Below, in pieces: positions 53,526 through 64,000 of a DNA stretch of 64,000 nucleotides (position 1 is the first letter of the stretch; each line of letters begins with the position of its first letter). Both the position numbers and the translations under genes were made by a program. The stretch covers positions 2,463 through 66,462 of the forward strand of contig JAQTWB010000004.1 of the NCBI GenBank assembly GCA_028689495.1, read 5' to 3'. Origin of the DNA: a bacterium (GTDB lineage Bacteria > Bdellovibrionota_C > UBA2361 > SZUA-149 > JAQTWB01). The notes below the pieces were generated by a model. It made no database searches. It was given only the letters and a program-made list of their open reading frames with translations, and was not told the DNA's origin.

Positions 53526-54872
53526 CTATACAATTTCTGCCGTCAGTTTACGCCTGATGTGATTTCTGAGATAGATCGCCGACATATTTAAAACGATCAC
53601 TATCAGCAATAGCAGTATCGCTGTGCTGTAAACCATCGGTCGCACAGCTTCGACATTCGGCGACTGAAAACCAACATCATAAATGTGAAAGCCTAAATGC
53701 ATGAACTTCCGTTCAAGATGTAAATAAGGGAACTCCCCATCCACAGGTAACGATGGAGCCATTTTAACAACTCCCGTCAACATCAAAGGTGCGACTTCCC
53801 CGGCAGCTCGCGAGACAGCCAAAATAACTCCGGTAAGAATGGAAGGCACCAGAGATGGTAAGATTGTATACCGCATTACTTCATACCGAGTAGCACCGAG
53901 TGCATAAGATGATTCTCGATATGATCGCGGAATAGCCCGCAGCCCTTCTAACGTTGTGACAATCACAGTCGGCAGAGTCAATAACGCCAGAGTCAGAGAT
54001 GCCCAGACTATTCCTCCCGTACCAAAGGTCGGTGTTGGCAACTTATCAGAAAAAAAGAGCTGATCTACCCTCGCGCCGAGCACATACACGAAAAACCCCA
54101 TGCCAAAAACACCATATACGATTGATGGAACCCCTGCGAGATTATTAACAGCAATGCGTACCAAGCTAACTACCAACCCTGGCCGAGCGTATTCACTAAG
54201 ATATATTGCAGTCAGCACCCCAAGTGGAGTGACGATTACACTCATGACAATGACCATCAGCACTGTACCAAAAATCGCTGGAAAAACCCCTCCTTCCGTG
54301 TTCGATTCCCGAGGATCATCGCTGACAAATCGCCACATTTTCTCGACAGTAAATAGCAGACGATCAGAAAAACTCAGGCGTTCAGGAAAATATACCTTAA
54401 CAACCTCATCCGCAGAAATTTGCTTCTCAGCACCCCCGACCTCTCGCACCTGTAAAGGTGAACTCACCGAATCATGAACACCAATGGCCTCAGGGTTATC
54501 AAGATAACCAACAAAATTTCCCCAGCTACTGCGCTCGACAACAATCACATCAAGTGATTTCCCACGACGTAAAATATCTTTACGTTCAATCCAATAAAAA
54601 TCACTCCCGTAGATATCCCGATTGCCAGTCTTTACCTGAATCTGGTTTTCATTCTCCAACCAGACTTCACCAAGGACAAGCTGATTGTCAGCAAGAGTAA
54701 ATTCTTCAATCTCAGGTACGAGAAATGCCTGAAAAGAATTGGTAAACAGAATAACCAGCAAACCTGCTATCAGCGATAGAATCATCGCCAATGCCACGCC
54801 TGAAATAATTACGTAAACACCATCAGTCGCCTCATTCTTTTTTACTTGTTTTTTTCGCTTCTGGCTGACCAT
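53526..54872 (-). CDS. pstA: phosphate ABC transporter permease PstA (long form)
   Basis: Permease core with an EAA-type loop (ESSYALGATRYEVMRYTILP). It sits between pstC and pstB and has a ~150-aa periplasmic insert after TM1. Confidence 0.85.
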   Translation of the reverse strand: MVSQKRKKQVKKNEATDGVYVIISGVALAMILSLIAGLLVILFTNSFQAFLVPEIEEFTLADNQLVLGEVWLENENQIQVKTGNRDIYGSDFYWIERKDILRRGKSLDVIVVERSSWGNFVGYLDNPEAIGVHDSVSSPLQVREVGGAEKQISADEVVKVYFPERLSFSDRLLFTVEKMWRFVSDDPRESNTEGGVFPAIFGTVLMVIVMSVIVTPLGVLTAIYLSEYARPGLVVSLVRIAVNNLAGVPSIVYGVFGMGFFVYVLGARVDQLFFSDKLPTPTFGTGGIVWASLTLALLTLPTVIVTTLEGLRAIPRSYRESSYALGATRYEVMRYTILPSLVPSILTGVILAVSRAAGEVAPLMLTGVVKMAPSLPVDGEFPYLHLERKFMHLGFHIYDVGFQSPNVEAVRPMVYSTAILLLLIVIVLNMSAIYLRNHIRRKLTAEIV

Positions 54873-54880
54873 CTTTACCT

Positions 54881-57322
54881 CTACATCCCTTCAAGCCGCT
54901 TCTGCAGACGCAACCGAACGATCTCACTGACAGTATTCACCACGAAGCTCATAATAAACAGTAGCAAGGCGACAACAAAAATAACCCGATAAAGCGAGCC
55001 GCCAACCGGGGCTTCTGGCAGCTCAACAGCAATGTTGGCCGACATGGTTCGAAATCCGTCAAAAGGTGACATCGACATAAGTGGTGTATTACCTGTGGCC
55101 ATCAGAACAATCATTGTTTCACCAATCGCCCGACCAAAACCTATCATTACAGCAGAAAATACACCTGGCAGAGCGGCAGGCAAAATAACTTTCCAAGCGG
55201 TCTGCCAACGTGTAGCGCCCATCGCCAGTGAGGCCGCCGATAGACGACCTGGGACACTGGAAATACAGTCTTCGGCAATGGTAAAAATCACGGGAATCAC
55301 CGCAAACCCCATAGCCACACCAACAACAAGTGAATTTCGTTGGTCGAAATTAACGCCAAACTCTTCCCGTATAAAATTAACAGCGTTGTGTCCTGGAAGG
55401 ATCCATTCAAGCTGTATCCCTATCAAGTAAGATAAATAAAACGCCAACCCCATCAATAAAGCCAAGCTCATTAATGCCAAATGACTTTTCGCGTGACAGA
55501 TAATCTTTCGGGTAAACGCAAAACGGCCCGCAAGAACCACAGTCAGTGGCACGACGAAAAAAGAAACAAAAATCACTGTCAGGCAGCTCTCCATTCGCGG
55601 TGCCAACCACAATCCGGCAATAAAACCAACAACGACGCTCGGCACTGCCGCCATCAGCTCAACAACCGGTTTGACATACATTCGTAACGACAAACTCATA
55701 AACTGCGATGTATAAAGAGCGGCAGCCAAAGAAAGTGGCACGGCGAACAACAAGGCAAATACAGTTCCCTTTAATGTTCCAAAAATAAGAGGTACGATAC
55801 TGAACTTCGATTCGAACTGATCTGTTCCTCCCGAAGACTGCCACACAAATTCTGGCCTATCGTATCCCTCATACCAAAGGCGCGAAAAAAGAGCGGCCAG
55901 GTTACCCTCGGGATGTGGAGATTTGACGTCAAAAACATCCAATTTCCCCGGGATCTCCGCATAGTCTCCGAGCACAACGATTGTATTTGCTTTACTGTTA
56001 ATACCGGCAAATCTGACTTTGTAGTTTATAGTCGGTCCTTGCGGCAGAAAGCGTCCGGCAAGCTGACCGGTAGTTGTATTAAATTCCTCAACCGCACCCT
56101 TGGCTGAAATAACAAAGGCACTTCGACCGCGGGGAGAGGCAACCAACGCCTCAGGTTGTGCCAATATGGAAGAATACTCGGCGATCTGATCGAGCTGAAC
56201 ATCTCCTGCTCGTTCCCGATAACTCCAATTAGCCAAAGCGCCTCGTTCGTCAAGAGTAACAAATGAACGACGGCCAATCAGCGGTACTAATGCAACAAGT
56301 CCCCCTTCGCTATTAGAAACCAAATACACACTCTGCTTAAGCTCAGCCTCCCGACCAGCCACAAAAGTATAAGCCTTAAGAGTTCGACGCGCGCCAGACA
56401 CAATTAGAGTATCACCCCCAGCTACCAGCAACATCTTTTCTGGAAACAGTTCAGCCGGAATAACACTAGCCTGAGAAGTCACCTTGACCTTGCCAAGCAT
56501 ATTCTTTTTTGCTGTCAAGCGTAACCACACAACACTTCCCTGCTGGGTAAGCAATGCCAGCGACTGTCTATTGCCTTGCGTCCAGACATCGAACCCACGA
56601 AATGCGACTCCCCGAGTCGATTCCAATAAAACCTGCTCTAACACAGGACTATTCGTTTCATTCTTCAAATCTGAAAACACATGAGGAACAATTACCTCTT
56701 CATTGAATGTCAGTTGAGGAATTCTTCGAGATATCGCTGTCCTATTATATTCGACCGCAATACTTCCAAACCGTAGACTGCCCTCGCTGTCAATAACCCA
56801 ATAACGCCCGCTCTCGTAATAAACAGCTACAATTCGCACTCGTTCTTCTGACTTGAATCCATCTGCCAGCAGATTAACGGTATTATCAGTACTTTCAGTG
56901 ACAATTCTTCCGGTACTTTGTTGCGATTTCAAATCAGAATTGGATCCCGGCGCGTTATCCTCCAGAATATTTACCGAATAAAGTCCGGGAAGAGCTTCAG
57001 CACCAAGTGATCGGCAGTTGACCTCTCCTATCTCAATAAATCCACACCAAAAATCACCATATTCAGAAATAAACCCGGCAAGCACACTATCGGTTTCAAT
57101 GTTCAACTGGGCATTACCGGGCCTGAGTGCAATCACACCACGTTGAAAAAGTGGCAACGACTCCTTTAGCAAAACTACTACGATACCAACTACTGCAATA
57201 ACAATCAGTAACCCACTAGTAGAAACGACATAGCGGGCAAGATTATCTCGCAGCCGTCGACGAAAAGACAATCCCTTACCTGGCTGATGCCCGACCTTTA
57301 TCATTTGCGCATTGCTCATCAC
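54881..57322 (-). CDS. pstC: phosphate ABC transporter permease PstC with ~470-aa N-terminal periplasmic domain
   Basis: The C-terminal ~300 aa form a BPD_transp_1 core (AASLAMGATRWQTAWKVILPAALPG). The N-terminus has one TM followed by a long soluble region of unknown fold. A 4-nt overlap with pstS. Confidence 0.8.
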   Translation of the reverse strand: MMSNAQMIKVGHQPGKGLSFRRRLRDNLARYVVSTSGLLIVIAVVGIVVVLLKESLPLFQRGVIALRPGNAQLNIETDSVLAGFISEYGDFWCGFIEIGEVNCRSLGAEALPGLYSVNILEDNAPGSNSDLKSQQSTGRIVTESTDNTVNLLADGFKSEERVRIVAVYYESGRYWVIDSEGSLRFGSIAVEYNRTAISRRIPQLTFNEEVIVPHVFSDLKNETNSPVLEQVLLESTRGVAFRGFDVWTQGNRQSLALLTQQGSVVWLRLTAKKNMLGKVKVTSQASVIPAELFPEKMLLVAGGDTLIVSGARRTLKAYTFVAGREAELKQSVYLVSNSEGGLVALVPLIGRRSFVTLDERGALANWSYRERAGDVQLDQIAEYSSILAQPEALVASPRGRSAFVISAKGAVEEFNTTTGQLAGRFLPQGPTINYKVRFAGINSKANTIVVLGDYAEIPGKLDVFDVKSPHPEGNLAALFSRLWYEGYDRPEFVWQSSGGTDQFESKFSIVPLIFGTLKGTVFALLFAVPLSLAAALYTSQFMSLSLRMYVKPVVELMAAVPSVVVGFIAGLWLAPRMESCLTVIFVSFFVVPLTVVLAGRFAFTRKIICHAKSHLALMSLALLMGLAFYLSYLIGIQLEWILPGHNAVNFIREEFGVNFDQRNSLVVGVAMGFAVIPVIFTIAEDCISSVPGRLSAASLAMGATRWQTAWKVILPAALPGVFSAVMIGFGRAIGETMIVLMATGNTPLMSMSPFDGFRTMSANIAVELPEAPVGGSLYRVIFVVALLLFIMSFVVNTVSEIVRLRLQKRLEGM

Positions 57323-58329
57323 TCGCGGCCAAACTTCTCAAGTTCTTCGATCACAACAGACCCAGGCAACGGATAATAGCCATCCTTCACAACAATCTCC
57401 TGCCCTTGCCGAGAGAGTATTAGCCTTAAAAATTCCATCGTCAGACGATCCATCTTCTCTCCCGGAGCTTTATTGATATAAACATAAAGAAAACGAGATA
57501 AAGGATATTCACCAGCGTAAACTGAATCCGCAGAAGGTTCGATAAACCCAGTCCCGGTTCCATCATCCAAGGCCAGTGCTCTGACACTTGATGTCATATA
57601 GCCAACGCCACTGTAGCCAATTGCAGTTATGTCAGTAGCGACCCCCTGAACAACGGATGCCGAACCAGGTTGTTCCTTTACCCGGTCCAAAAAATCACCT
57701 TCCTGAAGCACAGCATCTTTAAAAAATCCGTATGTGCCTGAAGCTGAATTTCTTCCGTACAAGCTGATTGGTTTCCTCGCCCAATCAGCAGTCAGACCAA
57801 CCTGCCCCCAGTTTTGCACCACATTTGTCGCACCACGCCTCAAGGATCGGGAAAATATTGCGTCTACCTGCTGCAAGGTAAGACCTTTAATAGGGTTATC
57901 CTTGTTGACGAATACCGCCAAAGCATCAACTGCGACTCTGACCTGAGTTGGTTTATAGCCAAATTTTTTCTCAAAAGCATCGATCTCTGTCCCTTTCATC
58001 TCCCGTGACATCGGTGCTAGCTGAGCGGTATTGGCAATTAATGCCGGTGGAGCCGTACTCGAACCCTTGCCTTCGACCTGAATTTTTACTGCCGGATACT
58101 GTCGGGAAAATTCTTCACTCCAAAAAGTCATCAGATTATTTAAAGTATCGGAACCGATACTGTTGAGATTGCCCTTAATTGGCTCACCTTTCACATATCC
58201 AGCGATATTACTGTCAACCTTAACAGGTTGGGCATAACTTTCTGTTCGCAATGACATCACTCCGAATGCAATCGCAAATAGAATAAGAATCAATCTAGAG
58301 CTTGAATATACTTGCATCGACTTCGCCAT
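57319..58329 (-). CDS. pstS: phosphate-binding protein PstS
   Basis: Signal peptide; GSDTLNNLM, GKGSSTAPPAL and SASGTYGFF motifs of the PBP_like_2 phosphate-binding family. Confidence 0.9.
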   Translation of the reverse strand: MAKSMQVYSSSRLILILFAIAFGVMSLRTESYAQPVKVDSNIAGYVKGEPIKGNLNSIGSDTLNNLMTFWSEEFSRQYPAVKIQVEGKGSSTAPPALIANTAQLAPMSREMKGTEIDAFEKKFGYKPTQVRVAVDALAVFVNKDNPIKGLTLQQVDAIFSRSLRRGATNVVQNWGQVGLTADWARKPISLYGRNSASGTYGFFKDAVLQEGDFLDRVKEQPGSASVVQGVATDITAIGYSGVGYMTSSVRALALDDGTGTGFIEPSADSVYAGEYPLSRFLYVYINKAPGEKMDRLTMEFLRLILSRQGQEIVVKDGYYPLPGSVVIEELEKFGRE

Positions 58330-58575
58330 AAAGATCCCTACTGATAAATTAATTTGAAGCGTGGTGGCTCAGATACGCAGCCGACAAGTATTCACCCAAA
58401 TAGCCAAATCAAGCGAAAGACAAAGGCCACACCTCACCTTGGGCCACACAACCCCAAAACGGAAATTGCACACGATCCAGACCAGACTAACGCATCTCTA
58501 TATCATATTGGCAAGAGCTTGACCTGTTAGAAAGTCGTTAGCGTAAATTTGATTGGATTTTCGTTAGTTACCGAC

Positions 58576-58605
58576 TTGACATAACTTCACCCGAAAGACT
58601 ATCAA
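58576..58605 (+). promoter_or_regulatory. candidate sigma-70 promoter for phoU
   Basis: TTGACA (58576..58581), an 18-nt spacer, then TATCAA (58600..58605). An AAAGGAG RBS lies 7 nt before ATG 58643. Hexamer match only. Confidence 0.35.
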
Positions 58606-58642
58606 TCATCTAGTCTATCCCTCAGGAAAAAGGAGCAGTTCC

Positions 58643-59302
58643 ATGAAGGTTCATATTGATTATGCAATTGAGAAACTTAAACGAAACCTTCTTAGCCTGG
58701 CGGCCCTTACAGAGGATCAATTACGAAAATCAATCAGAGCCCTTGAAACCAAAGACGTAGAACTGGCCCGAACAATCATTGAAGACGACCGACTTGTCGA
58801 TATCAGGGAGGTTGAGTTAGAGGAAGACTGCCTGCAAATTCTCGCACTCCACCAACCGGTGGCCCACGATTTACGTTTTGTTATTGCGGTGCTCAAAATA
58901 AACAACGACCTTGAGAGAATCGCCGATCTGGCCAGTAACCTCGCCGAAAGAACGCTCCAAATTTCATCTGAAGCCATTCCGGTTATTCCCGTAGATTTCA
59001 AAGAAATGGCTGGTCTTGCCTGCAGCATGCTCCAAGGCAGCGTTGACGCGTTCATCAACAACGATGCACTTGCCGCGCGGGCAATTTGTGAGGCCGATTT
59101 GAGTGTCGACCGTTTACATAGAGAGAATTACAACTTTGCTTACCGTGCCATGCAAGAACATCCGGAACATTCCAGCCGCATGCTGCCAATGCTTTCCATC
59201 TCTCGCTATCTGGAGAGGGCTGCCGATTACGCGACAAACATAGCCGAAGATGTCGTATATCTGGTCGAAGGCAAAATTATTCGTCATTCCGATTCGGATT
59301 GA
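58643..59302 (+). CDS. phoU: phosphate signalling complex protein PhoU
   Basis: Two PhoU repeats with the conserved E(D)xxxD motifs (NNDLERIADLASNLAE; RYLERAADYATNIAEDV). Confidence 0.9.
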   Translation: MKVHIDYAIEKLKRNLLSLAALTEDQLRKSIRALETKDVELARTIIEDDRLVDIREVELEEDCLQILALHQPVAHDLRFVIAVLKINNDLERIADLASNLAERTLQISSEAIPVIPVDFKEMAGLACSMLQGSVDAFINNDALAARAICEADLSVDRLHRENYNFAYRAMQEHPEHSSRMLPMLSISRYLERAADYATNIAEDVVYLVEGKIIRHSDSD

Positions 59303-59387
59303 TCATCATACGACACCCGCATGATCATCTATAATCTACGGGAGCCTCACGAGGCGTCCGTACTGAATATCAACTATCTCAACACCA

Positions 59388-60410
59388 TCACCACTGATGT
59401 TGATAACCGCAACAGTCGCCGACAGGTACAACAACACCCCGATAGTATAACTCCACCCCGGCAGTTCCTTCAACCACAGGGTGCACCGTTCCGATGCGCG
59501 ATAACCTGACGCCGACCTGTCCAGCAATATCTTCCAGTCTGGTCCTGACATCGGGTCTGGCTGAAAATAACAATTGGTAATCTTCACCACCGGATAATGA
59601 GGCGACCAGATGTTGGTCTTTAACCGGAACTCGCGGAATACAACATGCATCCACCACAATGCGGCAATTACTCATCCTGGCAATATGCCCGGTGTCCTGA
59701 AGCAAACCATCGCTGATATCAATCATTGAATTAATCAAATCGCTACCATCCAAAGCGATGATAAACTCCTGTGCCAACTCGGGACGAAAATGGAGCTTCC
59801 GCGCCTTGTCCAACACAAAAGTTACCTCATCTGAAGAGAGCCCATCATTCAGGTATAGCGATGCGATCTTATTCGGACCTCCGTCTGCTGCCAACAATGA
59901 CTGCAACCCCATCCAGGAATAACCAATTTCTCCTGTCACCCAGATATCATCACCAGCAACGGCGGTAGACCGGTAAACAGGTTTATTGGTTGTCCCAAGC
60001 AAAGATAGTGAAAAACTTGATTCTGCGCCGGAAAGGGTATCGCCGCCGACAATGATCAGCTGAAAATAATCCGCGGCCTGATGAAGTCCTGCGAAAAAAC
60101 GGTTGATATAGTCATCAGAAATATTTCTTCCATACTGGCAAGACAGCAACGCTACCCAAGGGCGACCAGACATCGCCAAGATATCACTGACATTTGATGC
60201 GACAAGTTTCCATGCAATATCTTCTGGAGATGACCAGTCAAGGCGAAAATGTATATTCTCCGCCATCGTATCAACCGTCATCAGCAAATTCTGTTTTTGC
60301 CCGGGAAAGTTACAGACCGCACAATCATCACCTGGACCGGCAACAACGCCACGCTCAGGCACAGCCGGAAAACCAGCTATCACACCCTTTAAAATATCAA
60401 ACTCTCGCAT
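59388..60410 (-). CDS. thiL: thiamine-monophosphate kinase
   Basis: [10 protein letters not shown] start, GPGDDCAV, and AIR-synthase-like fold motifs (DISDGLLQD). The start is set at ATG 60410; the ORF track extends to 60455. Confidence 0.85.
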   Translation of the reverse strand: MREFDILKGVIAGFPAVPERGVVAGPGDDCAVCNFPGQKQNLLMTVDTMAENIHFRLDWSSPEDIAWKLVASNVSDILAMSGRPWVALLSCQYGRNISDDYINRFFAGLHQAADYFQLIIVGGDTLSGAESSFSLSLLGTTNKPVYRSTAVAGDDIWVTGEIGYSWMGLQSLLAADGGPNKIASLYLNDGLSSDEVTFVLDKARKLHFRPELAQEFIIALDGSDLINSMIDISDGLLQDTGHIARMSNCRIVVDACCIPRVPVKDQHLVASLSGGEDYQLLFSARPDVRTRLEDIAGQVGVRLSRIGTVHPVVEGTAGVELYYRGVVVPVGDCCGYQHQW

Positions 60411-62775
60411 TCTTTTTTTTGCCCGAGTTCTCAACAGGACAAAGTGCAACTTCAAGCACCTCGTCTAAATGTTCCACCGCAACAAAGTTAATCTGCTCGA
60501 GCAAATATTGGGGGAACTCTCCCAAATCAGGCATGTTTGCCTTCGGATAAACGACTGTCTTAATTCCAGCTCTCATCGCTCCAAGAGCCTTCTCCTTTAA
60601 CCCGCCGATTGCAATCACTCTTCCGCGCAGTGTAATTTCGCCGGTCATCGCCACATCCCATCGCACTTTGCGTTTACCCAGCAGGGAAACCAAAGCAGTT
60701 GCCATCGCGATACCGGCCGAAGGACCATCTTTGGGTATCGCCCCCTGAGGCACATGGATATGTATGTTACACTTGGCGAATACTTCATTATCAATAGCAA
60801 ACTGTTCGGCATGTGCCTGAACATAAGTAAGTGCCGCCTGCGCCGATTCACGCATCACATCGCCCATCTGTCCAGTGAGATTCAACTTACCGGATCCAGG
60901 AGTGACTTCAGCTTCAACCATCAACGTTTCACCGCCAACCGGAGTCCAGGCAAGACCTGTGACCACTCCGACTTCATCTTGCTGCATCTTCTCTTGCTCC
61001 GGATAACGAATCGGACCAATGAACTTCTCAATCAATGCTTCGTTGATAACCTCGGGCACTTCAAATCCCTCAGCTTTCAAGCGACCGGCCTTACGCATAA
61101 CTGTCTGCAACATACGCGAAAGATCACGAACTCCGGACTCTCTTGTATAACCGCTGATAAGAAACTTAACTGCCTTTTGCGGAATTTCCGGCGCGCAGTC
61201 TTTTAATCCATTCTCTTCGGCTGCACGCGGAATCAGATAGCGAAATGATATTTCAAGCTTTTCCTCATTGGTATAACCGGCAAGCTCAATTATTTCCATG
61301 CGGTCGAGTAGTGGACCCGGAATTGTATCCGTGCGGTTCGCTGTCGCAATGAACATCACCTGTGACAAGTTGAATGGCACTCCAAGGTAATGATCATCAT
61401 ATTCAGCGTTTTGTTCCGGATCGAGAATCTCAAGCAGAACACTCGCTGGATCACCGCGATAGTCAGAGCCGATTTTGTCTATCTCATCGAGAATAAAAAC
61501 CGGGTTACTCGTTCCCGCAGATTTAAGCCCCTGGATAATTCGCCCTGGCATTGCCCCCACGTATGTTCGCCTATGCCCGCGGAGCTCGGCTTCATCACGC
61601 AAGCCACCAACCGACATCCGAACAAATTTGCGCCCTAGCGCCCTGGCAATCGACCGCCCAAGAGAAGTCTTGCCAACCCCGGGTGGCCCGACCAGTAACA
61701 ATATCGGACCCCGAACATCCTTCTTCAATTTCCTGACGCCAAGAAAATCAAGAATTCGTTCCTTCGGTTTCTCCAGTCCAAAATGATCTTCATCAAGCAC
61801 ACGAGCGGCAACATTCAAATCAAGGTTATCCTTGCTCCGCTTACCCCACGGCAAATCAGCAATCCAGTCAAGGTAAGTCCGTGACAACGCAGCTTCACTT
61901 GAATCAGGATGCATCATCGACAAGCGACGCAACTGTCTGTCGGCTTCTTCGCGAATTGCCGGACTAAGTTTAACTTTCTTCAACTTATCACGAATAACGC
62001 CAATTTCACTCTCTGCATCTGCAGCGTCACCGAGTTCTTTTTGAATCTGACGCATCTGCTCTCGCAGCAACTCTTCGTGATGAGCCTTACCAAACTCCTC
62101 GTTTGCCTTCTTGAGAATGCGCTCCTTTGTTTCAAAAAGAGTGACCTGACGAACCAGCATTTCACTGACCAGCTGTAACCGCTTGATAGGCTCAAACTCT
62201 TCCAAGACTGGTTGTGCATCTTCTGGAGGAACTCCAAGAGATGATATTACAAAATCAGCCAAGTGACCCGGATCAACAATCTCCTTCTGCGCCTGAAGCA
62301 AATCATCGGAACCAGCTTCATCACCAGCAATAATTCCAAAAGAACCCCGGACAATCTCCATCAGCGCCTGTGTTTCACTGGTCACTTCGACGACTGACTC
62401 CTCTGTCAAATGACTGACTTTGACCTTTACGAAGGGTTCGAATTGTACAACTGATGTTATCTTTGCACGCGAAAGTACATGAAACCTGACTTTCATGTCG
62501 CCATTCGGCAAAATAACACAGTTAATAACCCTGGCCAGCGCTCCAACCTTACTCAAATCGCGAGGCCCCAATGGACCATCGTTATCACCAATCTGCCAGC
62601 AAAGAATAATATACTCAGTTCGAGAAAGAGCATAGTCAACTGCCTCCGAACCAACGCCTGCCCTGATATAAACGGGCACCATAAGTCCGGGTAAAGGCAC
62701 AAAATCCCGCAAAGGTAATAGAGATAGAGTCTTCGGAAGTGGCTCTTTCTCAGTGCTTGATGTCTGCTTTGCCAT
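60397..62775 (-). CDS. lon: ATP-dependent Lon protease (endopeptidase La)
   Basis: LON N-domain ([14 protein letters not shown]), Walker [10 protein letters not shown], and proteolytic [11 protein letters not shown] with the catalytic Ser. The start is set at ATG 62775 (MAKQTSS); the ORF track extends to 62919. Confidence 0.9.
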   Translation of the reverse strand: MAKQTSSTEKEPLPKTLSLLPLRDFVPLPGLMVPVYIRAGVGSEAVDYALSRTEYIILCWQIGDNDGPLGPRDLSKVGALARVINCVILPNGDMKVRFHVLSRAKITSVVQFEPFVKVKVSHLTEESVVEVTSETQALMEIVRGSFGIIAGDEAGSDDLLQAQKEIVDPGHLADFVISSLGVPPEDAQPVLEEFEPIKRLQLVSEMLVRQVTLFETKERILKKANEEFGKAHHEELLREQMRQIQKELGDAADAESEIGVIRDKLKKVKLSPAIREEADRQLRRLSMMHPDSSEAALSRTYLDWIADLPWGKRSKDNLDLNVAARVLDEDHFGLEKPKERILDFLGVRKLKKDVRGPILLLVGPPGVGKTSLGRSIARALGRKFVRMSVGGLRDEAELRGHRRTYVGAMPGRIIQGLKSAGTSNPVFILDEIDKIGSDYRGDPASVLLEILDPEQNAEYDDHYLGVPFNLSQVMFIATANRTDTIPGPLLDRMEIIELAGYTNEEKLEISFRYLIPRAAEENGLKDCAPEIPQKAVKFLISGYTRESGVRDLSRMLQTVMRKAGRLKAEGFEVPEVINEALIEKFIGPIRYPEQEKMQQDEVGVVTGLAWTPVGGETLMVEAEVTPGSGKLNLTGQMGDVMRESAQAALTYVQAHAEQFAIDNEVFAKCNIHIHVPQGAIPKDGPSAGIAMATALVSLLGKRKVRWDVAMTGEITLRGRVIAIGGLKEKALGAMRAGIKTVVYPKANMPDLGEFPQYLLEQINFVAVEHLDEVLEVALCPVENSGKKKNARV

Positions 62776-64000
62776 AAGGGATAAATCCTGTTTTGCGCCC
62801 GTTGTGAACAACCTCGTTAACTTCGCCATTCTGTAGAAGGAGGACACTGGACTCACGTCGAATCTTTCCGTCTGCAGATACCCTGAACATTCCACTAACG
62901 CCTTCGTAATCTCCGACACGAGGCTTTAAAGATCGGTTACCATCTTTAATGCTGGCAACCAGCAAAGCCGCAGCATCGTAACCTTGAGCGGCTAAAAGTG
63001 TTGGTTTGCTATGATTCCTTAACTGGTAGAGTTCGGCGAACTCACGCTGTCTGATATCATAACTGTAACTGTGAAAGGGAGCGGGAAACACAGCTGTCTT
63101 TGCCATATTCCCAATACCACTAAGCATTGCCTGATCATCCCATGATGCTGTAGCAACAATCGTCCGATCCACCAAAGATGATGCCTGAAGCGCTTCCAGC
63201 AGAGACATTGAACCAGCAATCGAGTCAACCATAATAATTGCTTCGGGTGAGGCTTCCGCGGCAAGTCGTTCAACAACAACTTCACTGGATTGCGCATCTC
63301 CCGAGACATAGCTGAGCTCCAGCAAAACCTCTCCCCCAGCTTCACGCACGGCATCACGGAAAGCGTCGAGCATCTCCAATCCACTATTGGTTTTCGGATA
63401 AAAAATTGCATAGGTTCGCACACGAAGCATGGTAGAAGCGTAACCAATGACATCACGGGCCTGATCTTCTGCCGTAACGCCTAACTGAAAGATGTTTCCC
63501 GATAGCTCGGATAAGTTATTCTTCCGGGCAAAGGTCATAATCGGTACGTTTTTTTCAACAGAATCAGCGACAATCTGTTGAACAGAACTTAGTAGCAGTG
63601 GACCAAAAATAAATCCTGCTCCTTGAGAAACCAACTGATTATAACCCGTCAGTGCTTGTAACGGATCACCAGTTGTATCGAATTTTTCATAACCAAGTGC
63701 CCACCCCTTTCCATCTTCCTCCAGCGCCTGAACGACACCGTTAAAGATCTCGGCTGCAAATTGGGAATACTGTCCAGTGAATGGCAGGAGTATTCCAAAC
63801 TTGATGGCATCTCCAACAGCAAGGTTTTCCTCAACCAGATCCGAGCTAGGTACCGGGCTGGCTGAATCAGTGGGCCCGCCATCTGACGAAGATAATGTAG
63901 CATCTGCGCCGTAATATTTTTTCAGTTCCGCCGAAGGCCCAGCGTATGAAGACTCGTTAAACCAGTCGCGAAAGTTAGCGTAAGGGGAAGGTCTCCCGGC
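62750..64000 (-). CDS. periplasmic-binding-protein type I fold protein (LivK/LpoA-like); N-terminus runs off the right edge
   Basis: Hand translation shows the frame of ORF 62750..63634 stays open upstream to 64000 (...AIKFGILLPFTGQYSQFAAEIFNGVVQALEEDGKGW...LVSQGAGFIFGPLL). GILLPxTG and the overall pattern resemble Peripla_BP_6 / penicillin-binding-protein-activator proteins. Confidence 0.55.
   Translation of the reverse strand, partial: AGRPSPYANFRDWFNESSYAGPSAELKKYYGADATLSSSDGGPTDSASPVPSSDLVEENLAVGDAIKFGILLPFTGQYSQFAAEIFNGVVQALEEDGKGWALGYEKFDTTGDPLQALTGYNQLVSQGAGFIFGPLLLSSVQQIVADSVEKNVPIMTFARKNNLSELSGNIFQLGVTAEDQARDVIGYASTMLRVRTYAIFYPKTNSGLEMLDAFRDAVREAGGEVLLELSYVSGDAQSSEVVVERLAAEASPEAIIMVDSIAGSMSLLEALQASSLVDRTIVATASWDDQAMLSGIGNMAKTAVFPAPFHSYSYDIRQREFAELYQLRNHSKPTLLAAQGYDAAALLVASIKDGNRSLKPRVGDYEGVSGMFRVSADGKIRRESSVLLLQNGEVNEVVHNGRKTGFIPYGKADIKH

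Noticed and set aside
58540-58595. Pho-box search in the pstS-phoU divergent region (TCGTTAG repeats, CTTGACATAACTTCACC)
   Set aside because: The repeats are 26 nt apart rather than on an 11-nt phase. The TTGACA is better explained as a -35 hexamer. No convincing PhoB site could be supported by eye.
1-64000. Scan for CRISPR arrays, tRNA/rRNA genes, transposases/integrases, and toxin-antitoxin or phage-defence gene sets
   Set aside because: I saw no regularly spaced direct repeats, no cloverleaf-like or rRNA-like sequence in the larger gaps, and no ORF with recombinase, transposase, nuclease-ATPase, TIR or SIR2-type motifs. The only nuclease-family protein (DUF151) is in a conserved housekeeping context next to miaB.

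Overview
64-kb chromosomal window, gene-dense and mostly minus-strand. From gene content alone it looks like a Desulfuromonadales/Geobacter-like deltaproteobacterium; this is inference, no search was run. All family calls come from reading motifs in the supplied translations by eye.

Contents, left to right:
- (1) 1-8.6 kb: a small glycan locus with a DUF1972/GT4 transferase, a GT2 with a long unknown tail, a DsbA-like oxidoreductase, a GT4, and a coiled-coil methyltransferase.
- (2) 8.9-13.1 kb: a signalling trio of GAF hybrid histidine kinase, HDOD-GAF protein and single-domain receiver.
- (3) 13.4-22.2 kb: DedA, a small orphan, an ArnT/PMT-like GT-C, then tlyA, an S41 C-terminal protease, a degenerate-LytM EnvC-like protein, ftsX and ftsE.
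- (4) 22.5-34.6 kb: mixed housekeeping genes (PduO-type adenosyltransferase, DUF151 nuclease, miaB, speA, aroB) interspersed with secreted and lipoprotein orphans.
- (5) 34.8-50.7 kb: a large surface-glycan locus. It has a Wzm/Wzt ABC exporter, a WbpB/WbpE/WbpD-like diacetamido-sugar trio, three GT2s (one fused to a methyltransferase and coiled coil), and a translationally coupled deacetylase / FemAB-like / formyltransferase / LbH-acetyltransferase / flippase-like block. An acyltransferase-3 and a large GT-C-like membrane protein complete it.
- (6) 51-64 kb: a GCS2-like ligase, pstSCAB plus phoU, thiL, lon, and a partial LivK/LpoA-like binding protein.

I could not support any rRNA, tRNA, CRISPR array, transposase, integrase or recognisable defence system.

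The best candidates for something undescribed are:
- (a) Two families of conserved non-coding elements: a 91-nt structured element in 2 copies and a ~70-nt element in 3 copies, fused at one locus.
- (b) The Arn-pathway-like but non-canonical amino-sugar modification module inside the glycan locus.
- (c) Two methyltransferase plus coiled-coil proteins that resemble chain-length rulers, paired with a short Wzt that has no carbohydrate-binding domain.
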